NCBI GenBank assembly: GCA_963714955.1
Contig: CAVQQJ010000008.1
Location: forward strand, 2,498,049-2,562,048
DNA length: 64,000 bases
Reading direction: 5' to 3'
From: an uncultured Bacteroidota bacterium
GTDB taxonomy: Bacteria; Bacteroidota; Ignavibacteria; Kryptoniales; JAKASW01
The notes below the pieces were generated by a model. The model saw nothing but the letters and a program-made list of their open reading frames with translations. It was not told the DNA's origin and did no database searches. This document shows, piece after piece, positions 38,300 through 48,671 of the stretch; within the stretch, counting starts at the first letter, position 1, and every line of letters begins with the position of its first letter. The translations under genes and the position numbers were made by a program.

Positions 38300-38866
38300 T
38301 TGGGAAAGATGGTTGTGGGCTTAGGAAATGTCGGTCGTGGGTACCAGGATACGCGGCACAACGTCGGATTCATGGTTGTCGACGAAGTGTCCGGAAGGTT
38401 TCGGAAGAAATTTTCTGCTGGGAAAGGGGATTATTTCTTTTCTAAGTTTACTCATGCCGGGGAAGACGTCGTTCTAATGAAGCCAACGACGTTTATGAAC
38501 AACAGCGGTATTGCAGTGAAAGATGCCGTGGAGAAGTTCGGCATCCGATCCGATGATCTGCTCGTTGTCTATGATGATTTTAATATCCCTCTTGCCAAAT
38601 TGCGCCTGAGGAAAGGGGGAAGCGACGGCGGCCACAACGGAGTCTATTCCATCATCTACCACTTAAATGACGATCGCTTTCCGCGGCTCCGATGCGGCAT
38701 AGGCACCGAAGAGGTTAACTCCCGTGCCGACATGTCCGATTTTGTTCTTTCTAAATTTGAAACAGGCGAGATTCCCGAGGTCAATAAAATGATTGACAAT
38801 GCTGCAGACGCGGTATTTGTTTTTGTGAACGAAGGGATCGACGCTGCGATGAATAGATATAATTGA
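38300..38866 (+). CDS. pth: Peptidyl-tRNA hydrolase
   Basis: 188 aa with VVGLGNVGRGYQDTRHNVGF, MKPTTFMNNSG and GGHNG. The start could be TTG 38300 or ATG 38309. Confidence 0.93.
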   Translation: MGKMVVGLGNVGRGYQDTRHNVGFMVVDEVSGRFRKKFSAGKGDYFFSKFTHAGEDVVLMKPTTFMNNSGIAVKDAVEKFGIRSDDLLVVYDDFNIPLAKLRLRKGGSDGGHNGVYSIIYHLNDDRFPRLRCGIGTEEVNSRADMSDFVLSKFETGEIPEVNKMIDNAADAVFVFVNEGIDAAMNRYN

Positions 38867-38954
38867 GATATGAAGATCATTTTTTGCAATGTGACGAAAC
38901 TGCTCTCCACTTTCACTGGTGGAAAGCATAATCGACCTAAGGAGGTGAAGTAAA

Positions 38955-39365
38955 CTGAATACGATCCAGCGAGAATATGAGACGACATTTATCGTGAACT
39001 CCAATCTCGAAGACGGCCAGGTAGAAACAGTCATTACGCGCTATCAAGAATTCATTGTCAAGAATGGCGGCGAAGTGACAAATTCCGACCGGTGGGGAAG
39101 GAGACGTCTCGCATATACGATTAAGAAGAAAAACGCAGGCTTCTACGTGCAACTGTTGCATAAGTCTCCAACCGACATTGTCCCAAAGTTGGAACAGGTT
39201 TTCAAACTCGATGATGATGTCATCCGCCATTTGAATGTAGTGGTTGACAAGAACATGCTGAAGGCTCGTGCCGGCGTGAAGAAACGCCGTCGGCATCGGG
39301 CTTTGAAGACCGAGCAAGTCGACTTAGCGACTGCTATGGTTGAAAAAGAAAACGATGAAAAATAA
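38955..39365 (+). CDS. rpsF: 30S ribosomal protein S6 (start assigned to CTG 38955; the ORF track starts at GTG 38994)
   Basis: The conserved S6 N-terminus ..REYETTFIVNSNLEDGQ.. extends in frame upstream of GTG 38994, back to a tga at 38946-38948. AAGGAGG (38939-38945) lies 9 nt before CTG 38955. There is no ATG, GTG or TTG in between. The body shows RWGRRRLAYTIKKKNAGFYV. Confidence 0.85.
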   Translation: MNTIQREYETTFIVNSNLEDGQVETVITRYQEFIVKNGGEVTNSDRWGRRRLAYTIKKKNAGFYVQLLHKSPTDIVPKLEQVFKLDDDVIRHLNVVVDKNMLKARAGVKKRRRHRALKTEQVDLATAMVEKENDEK

Positions 39366-39442
39366 ACCACTGACAAATGTGTGCTTTCGGTGTTCCCGAG
39401 CTGACCCGGGACACCGGACGAAAGACTTTTGATGGAGGATTT

Positions 39443-39952
39443 ATGGCCGATCTAAAGATGCCGGAAATGAACAGCGTGATTATTGCCGGGAATCTTACGA
39501 AGGACCCAGTTTTTCGCCAAACGACAAACGGAACTCCCGTCGTAAATTTCACAGTTGCCTCAAACCGAAAATTTCGCGACAGCGGGAATCAATGGCAGGA
39601 AGATGTGTGTTATGTAGGTATAGTTGCCTGGAATAAACTCGCGGACAGCTGTCGCGACAGGCTGAAAAAGGGGAACGCAGTTTTGATCGACGGTGAACTC
39701 CAGAGCCGGAACTGGAAAACGGACGATGGTCATAACCGTTCGATAGTCGAAATTAAGGCAAGGCGAATCCAGTTCCTGAACAGGCACGGACACATTTCAG
39801 AGGTCACGACTGGTCAGACTGCTGAGGACGAACCGTCGTCGTTTACGGACGATTCGTTCGATCGCTTCTTGTCCGGTGAGGAATCGGAGTTGCTTAGAAA
39901 TAACGGAGTAAAGACGCAGGAGCTTGCGTCTCAACAAAAAATCAGAGAGTAA
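39443..39952 (+). CDS. ssb: Single-stranded DNA-binding protein (OB fold), atypical C-terminus
   Basis: GGAGG lies 5 nt before ATG 39443. The OB fold reads [36 protein letters not shown]...[12 protein letters not shown]...[12 protein letters not shown]. It sits in the rpsF-ssb-rpsR context. The tail ends ..QQKIRE, not in an acidic DDxPF tip. Confidence 0.85.
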   Translation: MADLKMPEMNSVIIAGNLTKDPVFRQTTNGTPVVNFTVASNRKFRDSGNQWQEDVCYVGIVAWNKLADSCRDRLKKGNAVLIDGELQSRNWKTDDGHNRSIVEIKARRIQFLNRHGHISEVTTGQTAEDEPSSFTDDSFDRFLSGEESELLRNNGVKTQELASQQKIRE

Positions 39953-39957
39953 ATAAA

Positions 39958-40194
39958 TTGGTACCAGTAAAAGAAATAAAGAAGAGAAAAGTCTGCAGGT
40001 TTTGCGAGAATGGAGACGTCTACGTCGACTATAAAGACGACAAGCGGCTTATCAAGTTTACGTCCGAGCAGGGAAAGATTATCCCCCGGCGCGTCACGGG
40101 CACCTGCGCTAAGCATCAACGTCAGCTCGCCCTAGCTATCAAACGTGCACGTCATCTGGCGCTGCTGCCGTTTGTTTCTGACATCATAAGATAG
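39958..40194 (+). CDS. rpsR: 30S ribosomal protein S18
   Basis: 78 aa with [61 protein letters not shown]. The start is TTG. Confidence 0.93.
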   Translation: MVPVKEIKKRKVCRFCENGDVYVDYKDDKRLIKFTSEQGKIIPRRVTGTCAKHQRQLALAIKRARHLALLPFVSDIIR

Positions 40195-40291
40195 TAATCA
40201 ACTATCAGTAAACAGTTCTCGGTGACGGACGCCGGCTGTGGCGATTCGACGACCGATTACCGAAAACCGTAACTATTTTCAAGGAGTTTTT

Positions 40292-40741
40292 ATGAAAGTC
40301 ATACTAAGAAAGAATTATGAAGGCCTCGGAGAAATCGGCAAGGTCGTCGACGTGCGCGATGGATTCGCAAGGAATTTCTTGATCCCTCAAAAGGTCGCGT
40401 ACCCGTATGCACCCGGATACATGAAGATGATTGAGAATGAGAAAAAGGCTTATGAAGCGAAGCTCAAACATGAGATGAATGATGCGAGGTCTCTGGCAGA
40501 CAAGCTGAGAGATGTGGAAGTGACACTTGAGGTGCAGGCGGGTGAAGAGGATAAGCTCTTCGGATCGGTTACTTCGCAGATGATTGCGGAGAAACTTGCG
40601 GAGAAAGGTTTTGAGGTGGACCGAAGGCGGATCGAGCTCTCTGAGCCGATCAAGACCCTCGGAAACTTTAAAGTTCCCCTCAAACTTCACCAGGAAGTCA
40701 CAGCCGAGATAAATGTCTCGGTGGTGAAACAGTCGGAATGA
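40292..40741 (+). CDS. rplI: 50S ribosomal protein L9
   Basis: AAGGAG lies 6 nt before ATG 40292. The sequence reads MKVILRKNYEGLGEIGKVVDVRDGFARNFLIPQKVA, about 149 aa. Confidence 0.93.
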   Translation: MKVILRKNYEGLGEIGKVVDVRDGFARNFLIPQKVAYPYAPGYMKMIENEKKAYEAKLKHEMNDARSLADKLRDVEVTLEVQAGEEDKLFGSVTSQMIAEKLAEKGFEVDRRRIELSEPIKTLGNFKVPLKLHQEVTAEINVSVVKQSE

Positions 40742-40845
40742 AGGAATAAGTGCGGACCGAAACGTTCGATTGATATAGACATCTCATTTAGCAGGAGATG
40801 ATCGAACGACGGGTAGCACGAGAATAACCTGACGAAAAGCAACAA

Positions 40846-41574
40846 GTGGAAAACGTAAGCATTTTAACGGCATTTGTTTTTGGGATAATTTCTTTTATTT
40901 CGCCTTGTGTTTTGCCCATTGTTCCGGGGTATCTTTCGTTCATCAGCGGGAGCACCCTTGATGAAATGGTCAACAGTGCGCGAACCGTCCTTGTCAGGAA
41001 AGTAACGACGAACTCTTTGCTGTTTGTTCTTGGGTTCTCCGTTATCTTCATCGCGCTCGGTGCATCCGCGACCGTTGTGGGCCAATTCCTTCTTGGGAAA
41101 TTGGATCTCTTCTCTAAAATCGCAGGCATTATTATTGTCGTCTTCGGCCTGCACATGGTCGGACTGTTCAGGATAAGGTTCCTGAATTACGAGAAGAAAT
41201 TTCACACGCAAAGAAAGATCGGGCCGCTTGGTTCGTTCGTCGCTGGACTTGCGTTTGCTTTCGGATGGACTCCCTGCATCGGCCCGGTTCTGGCGGGCAT
41301 TCTTGCTATCGCTGCCCAGCAGGACTCGATTGGTAAGGGGATCCTGCTTCTCACGGTTTACTCGCTCGGTTTAGGAATTCCGTTCCTTCTGACCAGCTTA
41401 AGCATCAACGCGTTTCTGGCTTTTTTCCGCAAGTTCAACAGATATATCAGATGGGTGGAGATAACGGGCGGAGTGTTATTGATCGTGGTCGGGATTCTGA
41501 TAATGACCAACAACTTAACTGTTTTGTCGGGTTATTTCTCCAAGTGGTTTCCATTTCTCAACGGTTTGTCTTGA
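40846..41574 (+). CDS. ccdA: Cytochrome c biogenesis protein CcdA (DsbD-family thiol-disulfide transporter)
   Basis: 242 aa with 6 TM helices. The conserved motifs are SPCVLPIVPGYLSF and GWTPCIGPVLAGIL. Confidence 0.88.
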   Translation: MENVSILTAFVFGIISFISPCVLPIVPGYLSFISGSTLDEMVNSARTVLVRKVTTNSLLFVLGFSVIFIALGASATVVGQFLLGKLDLFSKIAGIIIVVFGLHMVGLFRIRFLNYEKKFHTQRKIGPLGSFVAGLAFAFGWTPCIGPVLAGILAIAAQQDSIGKGILLLTVYSLGLGIPFLLTSLSINAFLAFFRKFNRYIRWVEITGGVLLIVVGILIMTNNLTVLSGYFSKWFPFLNGLS

Positions 41575-41599
41575 TAATTATTAATTGAAGGATACTTGA

Positions 41600-43435
41600 A
41601 TGAGTAAGAAGACAGAGATATTAGATGATGTCGTGATCCGATTTGCAGGTGATTCCGGTGACGGAATGCAATTGACGGGGATGCAGTTTACGAATACTAC
41701 CGCACTTGTGGGTAATGATTTGAGCACTTTGCCGGACTATCCGGCGGAGATCAGAGCTCCGGCAGGAACATTATTCGGCGTGTCGAGTTTTCAACTGCAT
41801 TTTTCAAGCGCGGATATCCTGACTCCGGGTGATCATCCGGATGTCTTGGTTGCGATGAATCCTGCAGCGCTGAAGGTCCATCTCAAGGATCTTAAAAACG
41901 GCGGATTGATACTTGTAAACACAGATTCATTCGATGACAAGAATCTGGAGCTTGCTGGCTATAAAGTCAACCCTCTCAACGACGGATCTTTGACAAATTA
42001 CCGCGTGATCGATGTCCCGATCACCAAGCTGACTCTGAACGCACTGCAGGGAATCGGACTTACGCAAAAGGAGATGGTCCGTTGCAAGAACTTTTTTGCC
42101 CTCGGTTTGATGTACTGGATGTACTCCCGCCCGACCGAGACAACTGAAGGATGGATCGAAGAGAAATTTGGTGGCGAGCCGAAAATTGCGGAGGCTAATC
42201 TCAAGGCGTTGAAGGCCGGATATTATTATGGCGATACGACCGAAGCATTTGCATCCAGATTTGAGGTAAAGCCTGCACAGCTGAAGCCGGGCTTATACAG
42301 AAACATTACTGGAAATGAAGCAACCGCGCTCGGTCTGGTTGCTGCGTCACAAAAGGCGGGCATACCGCTTTACTACGCCAGCTACCCGATAACTCCGGCA
42401 AGCGACATTCTTCACAACCTGTCGGTCTACAAGAATTTTGGCGTCAAGACTTTCCAGGCGGAAGACGAGATCGCCGCAGCTGGCGTGGCACTCGGAGCCT
42501 CTTACGCCGGCAATCTTGCTGTTACCGGAACCAGCGGGCCAGGAGCAGCTTTGAAATCCGAGACAATCAGCCTTGGAATAATGTTGGAGCTCCCTCTGAT
42601 AATTGTGGATGTGCAACGTGGAGGTCCGTCAACCGGGCTGCCTACAAAAACCGAGCAATCCGATTTACTCTTTGTGACTTATGGCCGGCATGGTGAGGCA
42701 CCGGCTCCCGTTCTTGCGGCGGCAACTCCCGCGGATTGCTTCAATATGGCATATGAAGCTGCACGAATCGCCGTAAAATACATGACACCGGTTTACATTC
42801 TGACCGACGGCTACCTTGCGAATGGCAGTGAGCCGTGGCTGTTGCCGGATGCCGGTGACCTTGCGGAGATCCCGGTTCACTTTAGAACCGATCCCGAAAA
42901 CTTCAATCCTTATTCACGTGACGAGAATAACGTGAGACCGTGGGCAATTCCCGGCGTACCAGGGTTGGAGCACAGGATCGGCGGTCTTGAGAAGCAGAAT
43001 ATTACCGGCAACGTGAGCTACGATCCTGACAATCATGACGTCATGGTCCATCTCAGAGCGGCCAAAGTTCAAGGCATTCAAAAGGACATCCCTTTACAAG
43101 ACGTTTACGGCGAACAAACCGGGGATCTCCTGGTTGTAAGCTGGGGAGGCACGTTCGGCGCCGTCCGATCCACCGTTGAAAGACTGCGCGGAGCGCACCA
43201 CAAGGTTTCACACGCTCACCTGCGATACTTGAATCCCTTCCCGCGGAACCTCGGGGATATTCTGAAGAGCTTTAAACAAATCCTTGTCCCGGAGATAAAT
43301 TTAGGTCAACTGGCAAGACTATTAAGAGCGGAATTCCTTATTCCCGCTATCCAATTTAACAAAGTGAGAGGTTTACCGCTCCGATCGAATGAATTAGAAA
43401 AAGCAATTAAAGATGTCTTAGGAGGTAACAAATAA
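41600..43435 (+). CDS. korA: 2-oxoacid:ferredoxin (acceptor) oxidoreductase subunit alpha (KorA-like)
   Basis: 611 aa with FAGDSGDGMQLTG, YPITPASD and GPSTGLPTKTEQSDL, and the length typical of a fused gamma/alpha-type subunit. Confidence 0.88.
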   Translation: MSKKTEILDDVVIRFAGDSGDGMQLTGMQFTNTTALVGNDLSTLPDYPAEIRAPAGTLFGVSSFQLHFSSADILTPGDHPDVLVAMNPAALKVHLKDLKNGGLILVNTDSFDDKNLELAGYKVNPLNDGSLTNYRVIDVPITKLTLNALQGIGLTQKEMVRCKNFFALGLMYWMYSRPTETTEGWIEEKFGGEPKIAEANLKALKAGYYYGDTTEAFASRFEVKPAQLKPGLYRNITGNEATALGLVAASQKAGIPLYYASYPITPASDILHNLSVYKNFGVKTFQAEDEIAAAGVALGASYAGNLAVTGTSGPGAALKSETISLGIMLELPLIIVDVQRGGPSTGLPTKTEQSDLLFVTYGRHGEAPAPVLAAATPADCFNMAYEAARIAVKYMTPVYILTDGYLANGSEPWLLPDAGDLAEIPVHFRTDPENFNPYSRDENNVRPWAIPGVPGLEHRIGGLEKQNITGNVSYDPDNHDVMVHLRAAKVQGIQKDIPLQDVYGEQTGDLLVVSWGGTFGAVRSTVERLRGAHHKVSHAHLRYLNPFPRNLGDILKSFKQILVPEINLGQLARLLRAEFLIPAIQFNKVRGLPLRSNELEKAIKDVLGGNK

Positions 43436-44478
43436 TGGCAACGACTGGTGGTAATGACGGAGTCCAAATAAAAAAGTACACTGCGAAGGATTTTTCATCC
43501 GATCAAGATGTAAGGTGGTGTCCGGGTTGTGGTGACTACTCGATTCTTGCTCAGGTTCAGAGGATTCTTCCGGAGCTCGACGTGCCCAGAGAGAAGCATG
43601 TTTTCGTTTCGGGTATCGGCTGCTCCAGTCGTTTTCCGTATTATATGGAGGCTTACGGCCTCCACGGAATTCATGGTCGTGCTCCTGCAATAGCTTCCGG
43701 AGTGAAGACTGCTAACCCGGACCTCACAGTCTGGGTGGCGACCGGCGACGGCGACGCCCTTTCGATAGGCGGAAACCATTTCATTCATGCCCTGCGCCGT
43801 AACATCGGATTAAAGATATTGCTTTTCAATAATAGGATCTATGGATTGACTAAGGGTCAATACTCGCCGACGTCAGAGCTGGGCAAGAAAACAAAATCTA
43901 CACCGTACGGAACAATTGATTACCCGTTCAATCCGGTTCAGCTTGCGCTCGGCGCCGAGGGAACTTTCGTAGCACGTTCGATGGACAGGGACCCTAAGCA
44001 TCTCCAACAAATCCTGTTGCGCGCGGCGAGACATCATGGAACAGCTTTCGTCGAAATATACCAAAACTGCAATGTGTTTAATGACGGAGCGTTCGAACTG
44101 CTCACTGAGAAAGAGTCGAAACCCGATAATGTGGTTTATCTTGAGAACGGCAAACCGCTCATTTTCGGGAAGGAGAACGACAAAGGTATTCGTCTGAATG
44201 TTTTTACTCCCGAAGTGGTTTCGTTGAAAGACGGGAAGTGGAACATTAACGATATTGTAGTTTACGACGAGTCCTCCTTCGATCTCGCTGTGCTGCTGGC
44301 GACTTTCAGCGAAAGGCCCGGTTTCCCCACGCCGGTAGGGGTCTTCTACAAGGTCGATCGCAAGAGCTACGAAGATATGATGACGGAGCAGATAGAAAGC
44401 GTGACGAAGAAACGAGGCGCGGGAAACCTGGAAAAGCTGCTAAAATCCGGCAACACCTGGCTCGTTTCGAGGAACTGA
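43435..44478 (+). CDS. korB: 2-oxoacid:ferredoxin (acceptor) oxidoreductase subunit beta (KorB-like, TPP-binding)
   Basis: 347 aa with WCPGCGDYSIL, GIGCSSRF and GDGDALSIGGNH. The start overlaps the korA stop by 1 nt. Confidence 0.88.
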   Translation: MATTGGNDGVQIKKYTAKDFSSDQDVRWCPGCGDYSILAQVQRILPELDVPREKHVFVSGIGCSSRFPYYMEAYGLHGIHGRAPAIASGVKTANPDLTVWVATGDGDALSIGGNHFIHALRRNIGLKILLFNNRIYGLTKGQYSPTSELGKKTKSTPYGTIDYPFNPVQLALGAEGTFVARSMDRDPKHLQQILLRAARHHGTAFVEIYQNCNVFNDGAFELLTEKESKPDNVVYLENGKPLIFGKENDKGIRLNVFTPEVVSLKDGKWNINDIVVYDESSFDLAVLLATFSERPGFPTPVGVFYKVDRKSYEDMMTEQIESVTKKRGAGNLEKLLKSGNTWLVSRN

Positions 44479-44794
44479 ATATTAGCCGGTCGAGGCGCGC
44501 AGAAACGCGCGCGGCCATCCGTGTGATGGAGACCTGTACCCGGTAATCCGTTCCTGTCTTTTGGAGATTGTACCCTCTTAAAGGGTGGACTTTTCAGCCG
44601 GCTGAGGAACGGAGAGCGAAGATGACGGTTTATCCATTAGTCTGATTCTTCGCCGAAATTTGATCGTTAATTTGCAGATGATTTTGTGCCCGCGTCCTTA
44701 TGTCGAACCCGCCGACCAGCGATCGAAACCAATCTGCGAATTGCAGCGGGCATTAATCATGAGGGCGTTTTCTACAACCGCAAAAGGAGGACTA

Positions 44795-45810
44795 ATGAAC
44801 CATTCGCCGGTACTATCGATGAAAGAAATAGTAAATATTTTCCGGATACTGGTGGACGATAACAGGAAATTCGTTTTGACGACGCACGTCAACCCCGACG
44901 CGGATGGTCTCGGGTCCGAACTCGCATTGCATAGATTTCTAAAGAAACTGCGGAAAGAATCTGTCATACTAAACCATAGTGAAACACCCGCAAACCACGC
45001 CTTCATGGACGAAAAGCATGAGATCAAAAGATTCGATCCGTCGACGGATGCCGGACTTGTGCTGGATGCAGAACGTATTGTTCGCAGTGGACATGAACAG
45101 TCCTTCGCGCTTGCGCAGCATGGAGAAACACTTCGTGGAGAGCAAGGCCAAAAAAGTTATTATCGATCACCATCTGGAAGCTCAGGACTTCGTCGATTAT
45201 CAGCTTGTAGATTCTTGATTCGCCGGCCACCGCGGAGATTATCTACAAATGCCTGATTGCGTATGATCCAGCAATGCTGGACAAAGGAATTGCGGAGGCA
45301 ATTTACGCCGGAATAATGACGGATACCGGTTCATTTCGTTTCCCGAGAACGGACGGGGATATCCACCGCGTCACGGCCCACCTGCTTGATATCGGCGTCG
45401 ATCCTACCCACGTTTACAATAATCTCTACGAGCAGAATTCAATAGGCAGGACAAAACTGCTCGGCGAAGTGTTGTCGAGCATTCAACTGGCTTGCGGCGG
45501 GAAACTCGCATACTTCGCAATAACTCAGGAGCAATTGAAGAAGTACAATGTCGTCGCGGACGAAACGGAACAATTCGTTAACTACGCAGGCGCAATTTCC
45601 GGAGTAGTGGTTGGGATTTTCTTCATGGAGCAGCCGGGATGGATCAAAATCAGTTTCAGATCCAAGGGAGATGTACCGGTTAACGAACTTGCAAAACTCT
45701 ACGGAGGAGGAGGCCACAAGAACGCTGCGGGGGCGAGACTTCCCGATACATCAATGGACGAGACAATACGAAAAGTTTTGAAAGACGCGCAATCGATTTT
45801 GAGAATATAG
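44795..45810 (+). CDS. DHH/DHHA1 phosphoesterase (NrnA-like oligoribonuclease / pAp phosphatase), frame interrupted twice
   Basis: AAAGGAGG precedes ATG 44795. It carries the DHH motifs HVNPDADGLGS, then (second frame, ORF 44979-45218) FAVDMNSPSRL..VIIDHH, then (third frame, ORF 45274-45810) GIMTDTGSFRF and the DHHA1 motif GGGHKNAAGA. The frame junctions are at about 45060-45085 and 45211-45217. Confidence 0.75.
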
Positions 45811-45838
45811 TCCCACATAATAATAATTCGGAGAGAAG

Positions 45839-47338
45839 ATGAAGGTTGAGTTTCTTGATAGGAATCCTGCGGACGTCAAATCGGAAGCGATGATTCTGTT
45901 GCTTACCAAAGACGACATGGCCCCGGGAAAAGCACATGAAACAATAGCTCCCTTTTTTCACGAACACAAAAGACAAATTGAAATCTCACTGAAGGCAGGG
46001 AATTTCGATGGAGATAAGGAACAGAAGCTGACGTTCTACTCTGTTGGTGCTTATCGCGTGGTGATCTTTGTCGGCATGGGCGGGAAGTCACAATTGACGA
46101 ATGAGAGACTAAGGCGTGCGGCAGCCGGCGGGATAAAAACGGCGCGTTCCGCCAAGGCAAAATCCGTAGTTATGTCTGCCCTGAATCCCGTTGTCGAACA
46201 ATTGAGCGACTATGAAACCGTACATTCGATAGTGGAGGGTGCCCTTTTAGGTCACTACAAGTTCGACAAATATTTTACTCAAGAGAAGGAAAAGTTCGAT
46301 GTAGAAAAGCTGGTTGTAGCGTTTGGAGGTGTGGATTCTTCAATCGGAAGGAAAGCCGCAAGGGACGCCGAGCTTCTTTGCGAGGCAGTTTATTTGACCC
46401 GCGACTTGGCCAATGCCCCTTCAAATGAAATCTATCCCGAGGCGCTGGCTGGAGTTGCGACCAACGTCGCGCGGAAATATCACCTTCACGCCTCGATACT
46501 CAATGAAAAGCAAATACGGAGATTGAAAATGGGTGGCCTTCTTGCCGTCAATTCGGGCAGTGTGAAGCCGCCGCGATTCATAACCCTTGAGTACAAAGGG
46601 AACACAAAATCCACGGATTGGTACGCAATCGTCGGGAAGGGGATAACATTCGACAGCGGCGGAATCTCTATCAAACCTTCTGCTGGAATGGGGGAGATGA
46701 AAATGGACATGGCAGGTGCCGCAGCCGTAATCGGCACGATGCAATCCGTCGCAGCGCTGAAGATACCGGTCAACGTCGTGGGGATCGCTCCCTGCACCGA
46801 GAATTTACCGAGCGGTTCTGCGTACAAACCCGGTGACATAGTAACGACAATGTCTGGAATAACTATCGAAGTTGACAATACTGATGCCGAAGGAAGAGTT
46901 ATTCTTTCCGACGGACTTTGTTTTGCTCAGAGATACCGGCCTAAAGCAATAATCGATCTCGCAACGTTGACGGGTGCTTGTGTGGTCGCGCTTGGAATGC
47001 ACGCGACCGGAATGTTCGGAACAAGCGAAGAAGTGATGGCGCAGCTTAAAGAAGCCGGCGAAAAGACATATGAACGCGTTTGGCAGATGCCCATCTACGA
47101 AGAGTACGAAAAACAGATTAAGAGCGATATAGCCGATGTCAAAAACGTCGGAGGCCGGTGGGCCGGGGCAATCACCGCTGCACTCTTTTTGAAAAGATTT
47201 GTCGGCGACTACCCCTGGGTTCATCTCGATATTGCCGGAACGGCGATGTTGGAGGAAGCGACTGATTATGCTCCCAAAGGTGGTTCCGGCGTCGGTGTCA
47301 GGTTATTGACGCAGTTCTTCAAGCAAGTATCGTCTTGA
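45839..47338 (+). CDS. pepA: Leucyl aminopeptidase (M17)
   Basis: 499 aa with VGKGITFDSGGISIKP, MKMDMAGAA and NTDAEGRVILSD. Confidence 0.93.
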   Translation: MKVEFLDRNPADVKSEAMILLLTKDDMAPGKAHETIAPFFHEHKRQIEISLKAGNFDGDKEQKLTFYSVGAYRVVIFVGMGGKSQLTNERLRRAAAGGIKTARSAKAKSVVMSALNPVVEQLSDYETVHSIVEGALLGHYKFDKYFTQEKEKFDVEKLVVAFGGVDSSIGRKAARDAELLCEAVYLTRDLANAPSNEIYPEALAGVATNVARKYHLHASILNEKQIRRLKMGGLLAVNSGSVKPPRFITLEYKGNTKSTDWYAIVGKGITFDSGGISIKPSAGMGEMKMDMAGAAAVIGTMQSVAALKIPVNVVGIAPCTENLPSGSAYKPGDIVTTMSGITIEVDNTDAEGRVILSDGLCFAQRYRPKAIIDLATLTGACVVALGMHATGMFGTSEEVMAQLKEAGEKTYERVWQMPIYEEYEKQIKSDIADVKNVGGRWAGAITAALFLKRFVGDYPWVHLDIAGTAMLEEATDYAPKGGSGVGVRLLTQFFKQVSS

Positions 47339-47490
47339 ATTTGAATATACTTAACTGCGAATTGTCGCGCTGTCATTAGCCTGAAACGGTGAACGAATAG
47401 GGGTTTTGAAATCGATATTCTGCGGATATTGTTTTGACCCTGAATCCGATTTCGGATTCTGGCATCGAATACATTAGAAAGGAAAAGGAA

Positions 47491-47823
47491 ATGTCAAATA
47501 TAGCTGAAGCATCGACAGCCACCTTCAAGACGGAGGTCTTGGATTCGGCCTCGCCGGTGCTGGTAGATTTTTGGGCTCCTTGGTGTGGACCCTGCAGAAT
47601 GGTCGCTCCTTTGGTAGAAGAAATTGCCAAAGAGTATGAAGGCAAGATCAAGGTGTTCAAGATCAACACCGATGAAAATATGGAAATTGCCATAAAGTAC
47701 AATATCCTCAGTATTCCGACCCTCGGGTTTTTCAGGGCCGGTGAGATGGTCGAAAGAATAATCGGTGCGGTTCCCAAAAAGGTCATCGTCGAAAAGGTCA
47801 ATAAAACTCTAGAGTCGAACTGA
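47491..47823 (+). CDS. trxA: Thioredoxin
   Basis: ATG 47491 follows AGGAAAAGGAA. The sequence shows [15 protein letters not shown] and SIPTL, about 110 aa. Confidence 0.93.
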   Translation: MSNIAEASTATFKTEVLDSASPVLVDFWAPWCGPCRMVAPLVEEIAKEYEGKIKVFKINTDENMEIAIKYNILSIPTLGFFRAGEMVERIIGAVPKKVIVEKVNKTLESN

Positions 47824-47829
47824 AGTCTC

Positions 47830-48471
47830 TTGACGGCAAACCGCACGAATCCCAGACCAGAAAACCAACACGGCCACAGATTTGAAGCCAGGTTTCACAA
47901 GAGGCTCGATTCGGCGTACCGAAGGCGTATCCTGCCCCCATTGTCCACTCTGAAAAAATTTGGACTGAAGAGAGGAATGAGCGTTGCTGACATAGGCGCG
48001 GGCACCGGTTATTTCTTAATTCCTGCAGCCCGGGTCGTCGGCATGGAGTCGGATGTCTATGCAGTCGACACGTCGAAGGAATTGCTTCGACGGCTGGAGT
48101 CCAGGAAGCTTTATTCAAATATTCGTGTTGTGCACAGTTCAGATGGATACGCGTTCAAAATAAAAACCGGAGCGATCGATTACGTCATTGCAAGTCTGAT
48201 AATACATGAAAACAACCCTGTTCGGTTTCTCAAGGAAATCAGGAGAATAATGAAACGTGGTGGTACTCTGTTGGTCATAGACTGGCGCAAGGACGCATTG
48301 CGAAGCGGACCACCGCTTGAAGAACGACTGGAGCCGCAAGAAGTAAAACATTTTTGTAAAGCAGCCGGGCTGAATCCGAAGAGATTCTCTGAATCTCAAC
48401 TCAAGATACTACGCCGTCGTGGCGACGAGAGCTTAAATGGAAAACAGAAGTCGGACTGTGTTGGCGAATGA
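47830..48471 (+). CDS. Class I SAM-dependent methyltransferase
   Basis: 213 aa. Motif I is VADIGAGTGYF, and the post-I/II pattern is VYAVDTS...IIHE..P..FLKEIRRIMKRGGTLLVIDW. The start is TTG. Confidence 0.75.
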   Translation: MTANRTNPRPENQHGHRFEARFHKRLDSAYRRRILPPLSTLKKFGLKRGMSVADIGAGTGYFLIPAARVVGMESDVYAVDTSKELLRRLESRKLYSNIRVVHSSDGYAFKIKTGAIDYVIASLIIHENNPVRFLKEIRRIMKRGGTLLVIDWRKDALRSGPPLEERLEPQEVKHFCKAAGLNPKRFSESQLKILRRRGDESLNGKQKSDCVGE

Positions 48472-48671
48472 AGATGAACGTAGGGCACACCAATCGTTGA
48501 AGCCGGAAAGTTATGAGAGAGAGAAACTTGCGGAGTGGATTCAAGATGTACTTCAAAGAGCAATCATAGTTATGACGATCCCGGCTCGGCTCAAAGTTGG
48601 ATTGAGCGGGTCTAAAGAAATAACAGATGAGGTTTTGTGACATGGTGCGAAAAATAAACAGGAAGGGGTTC

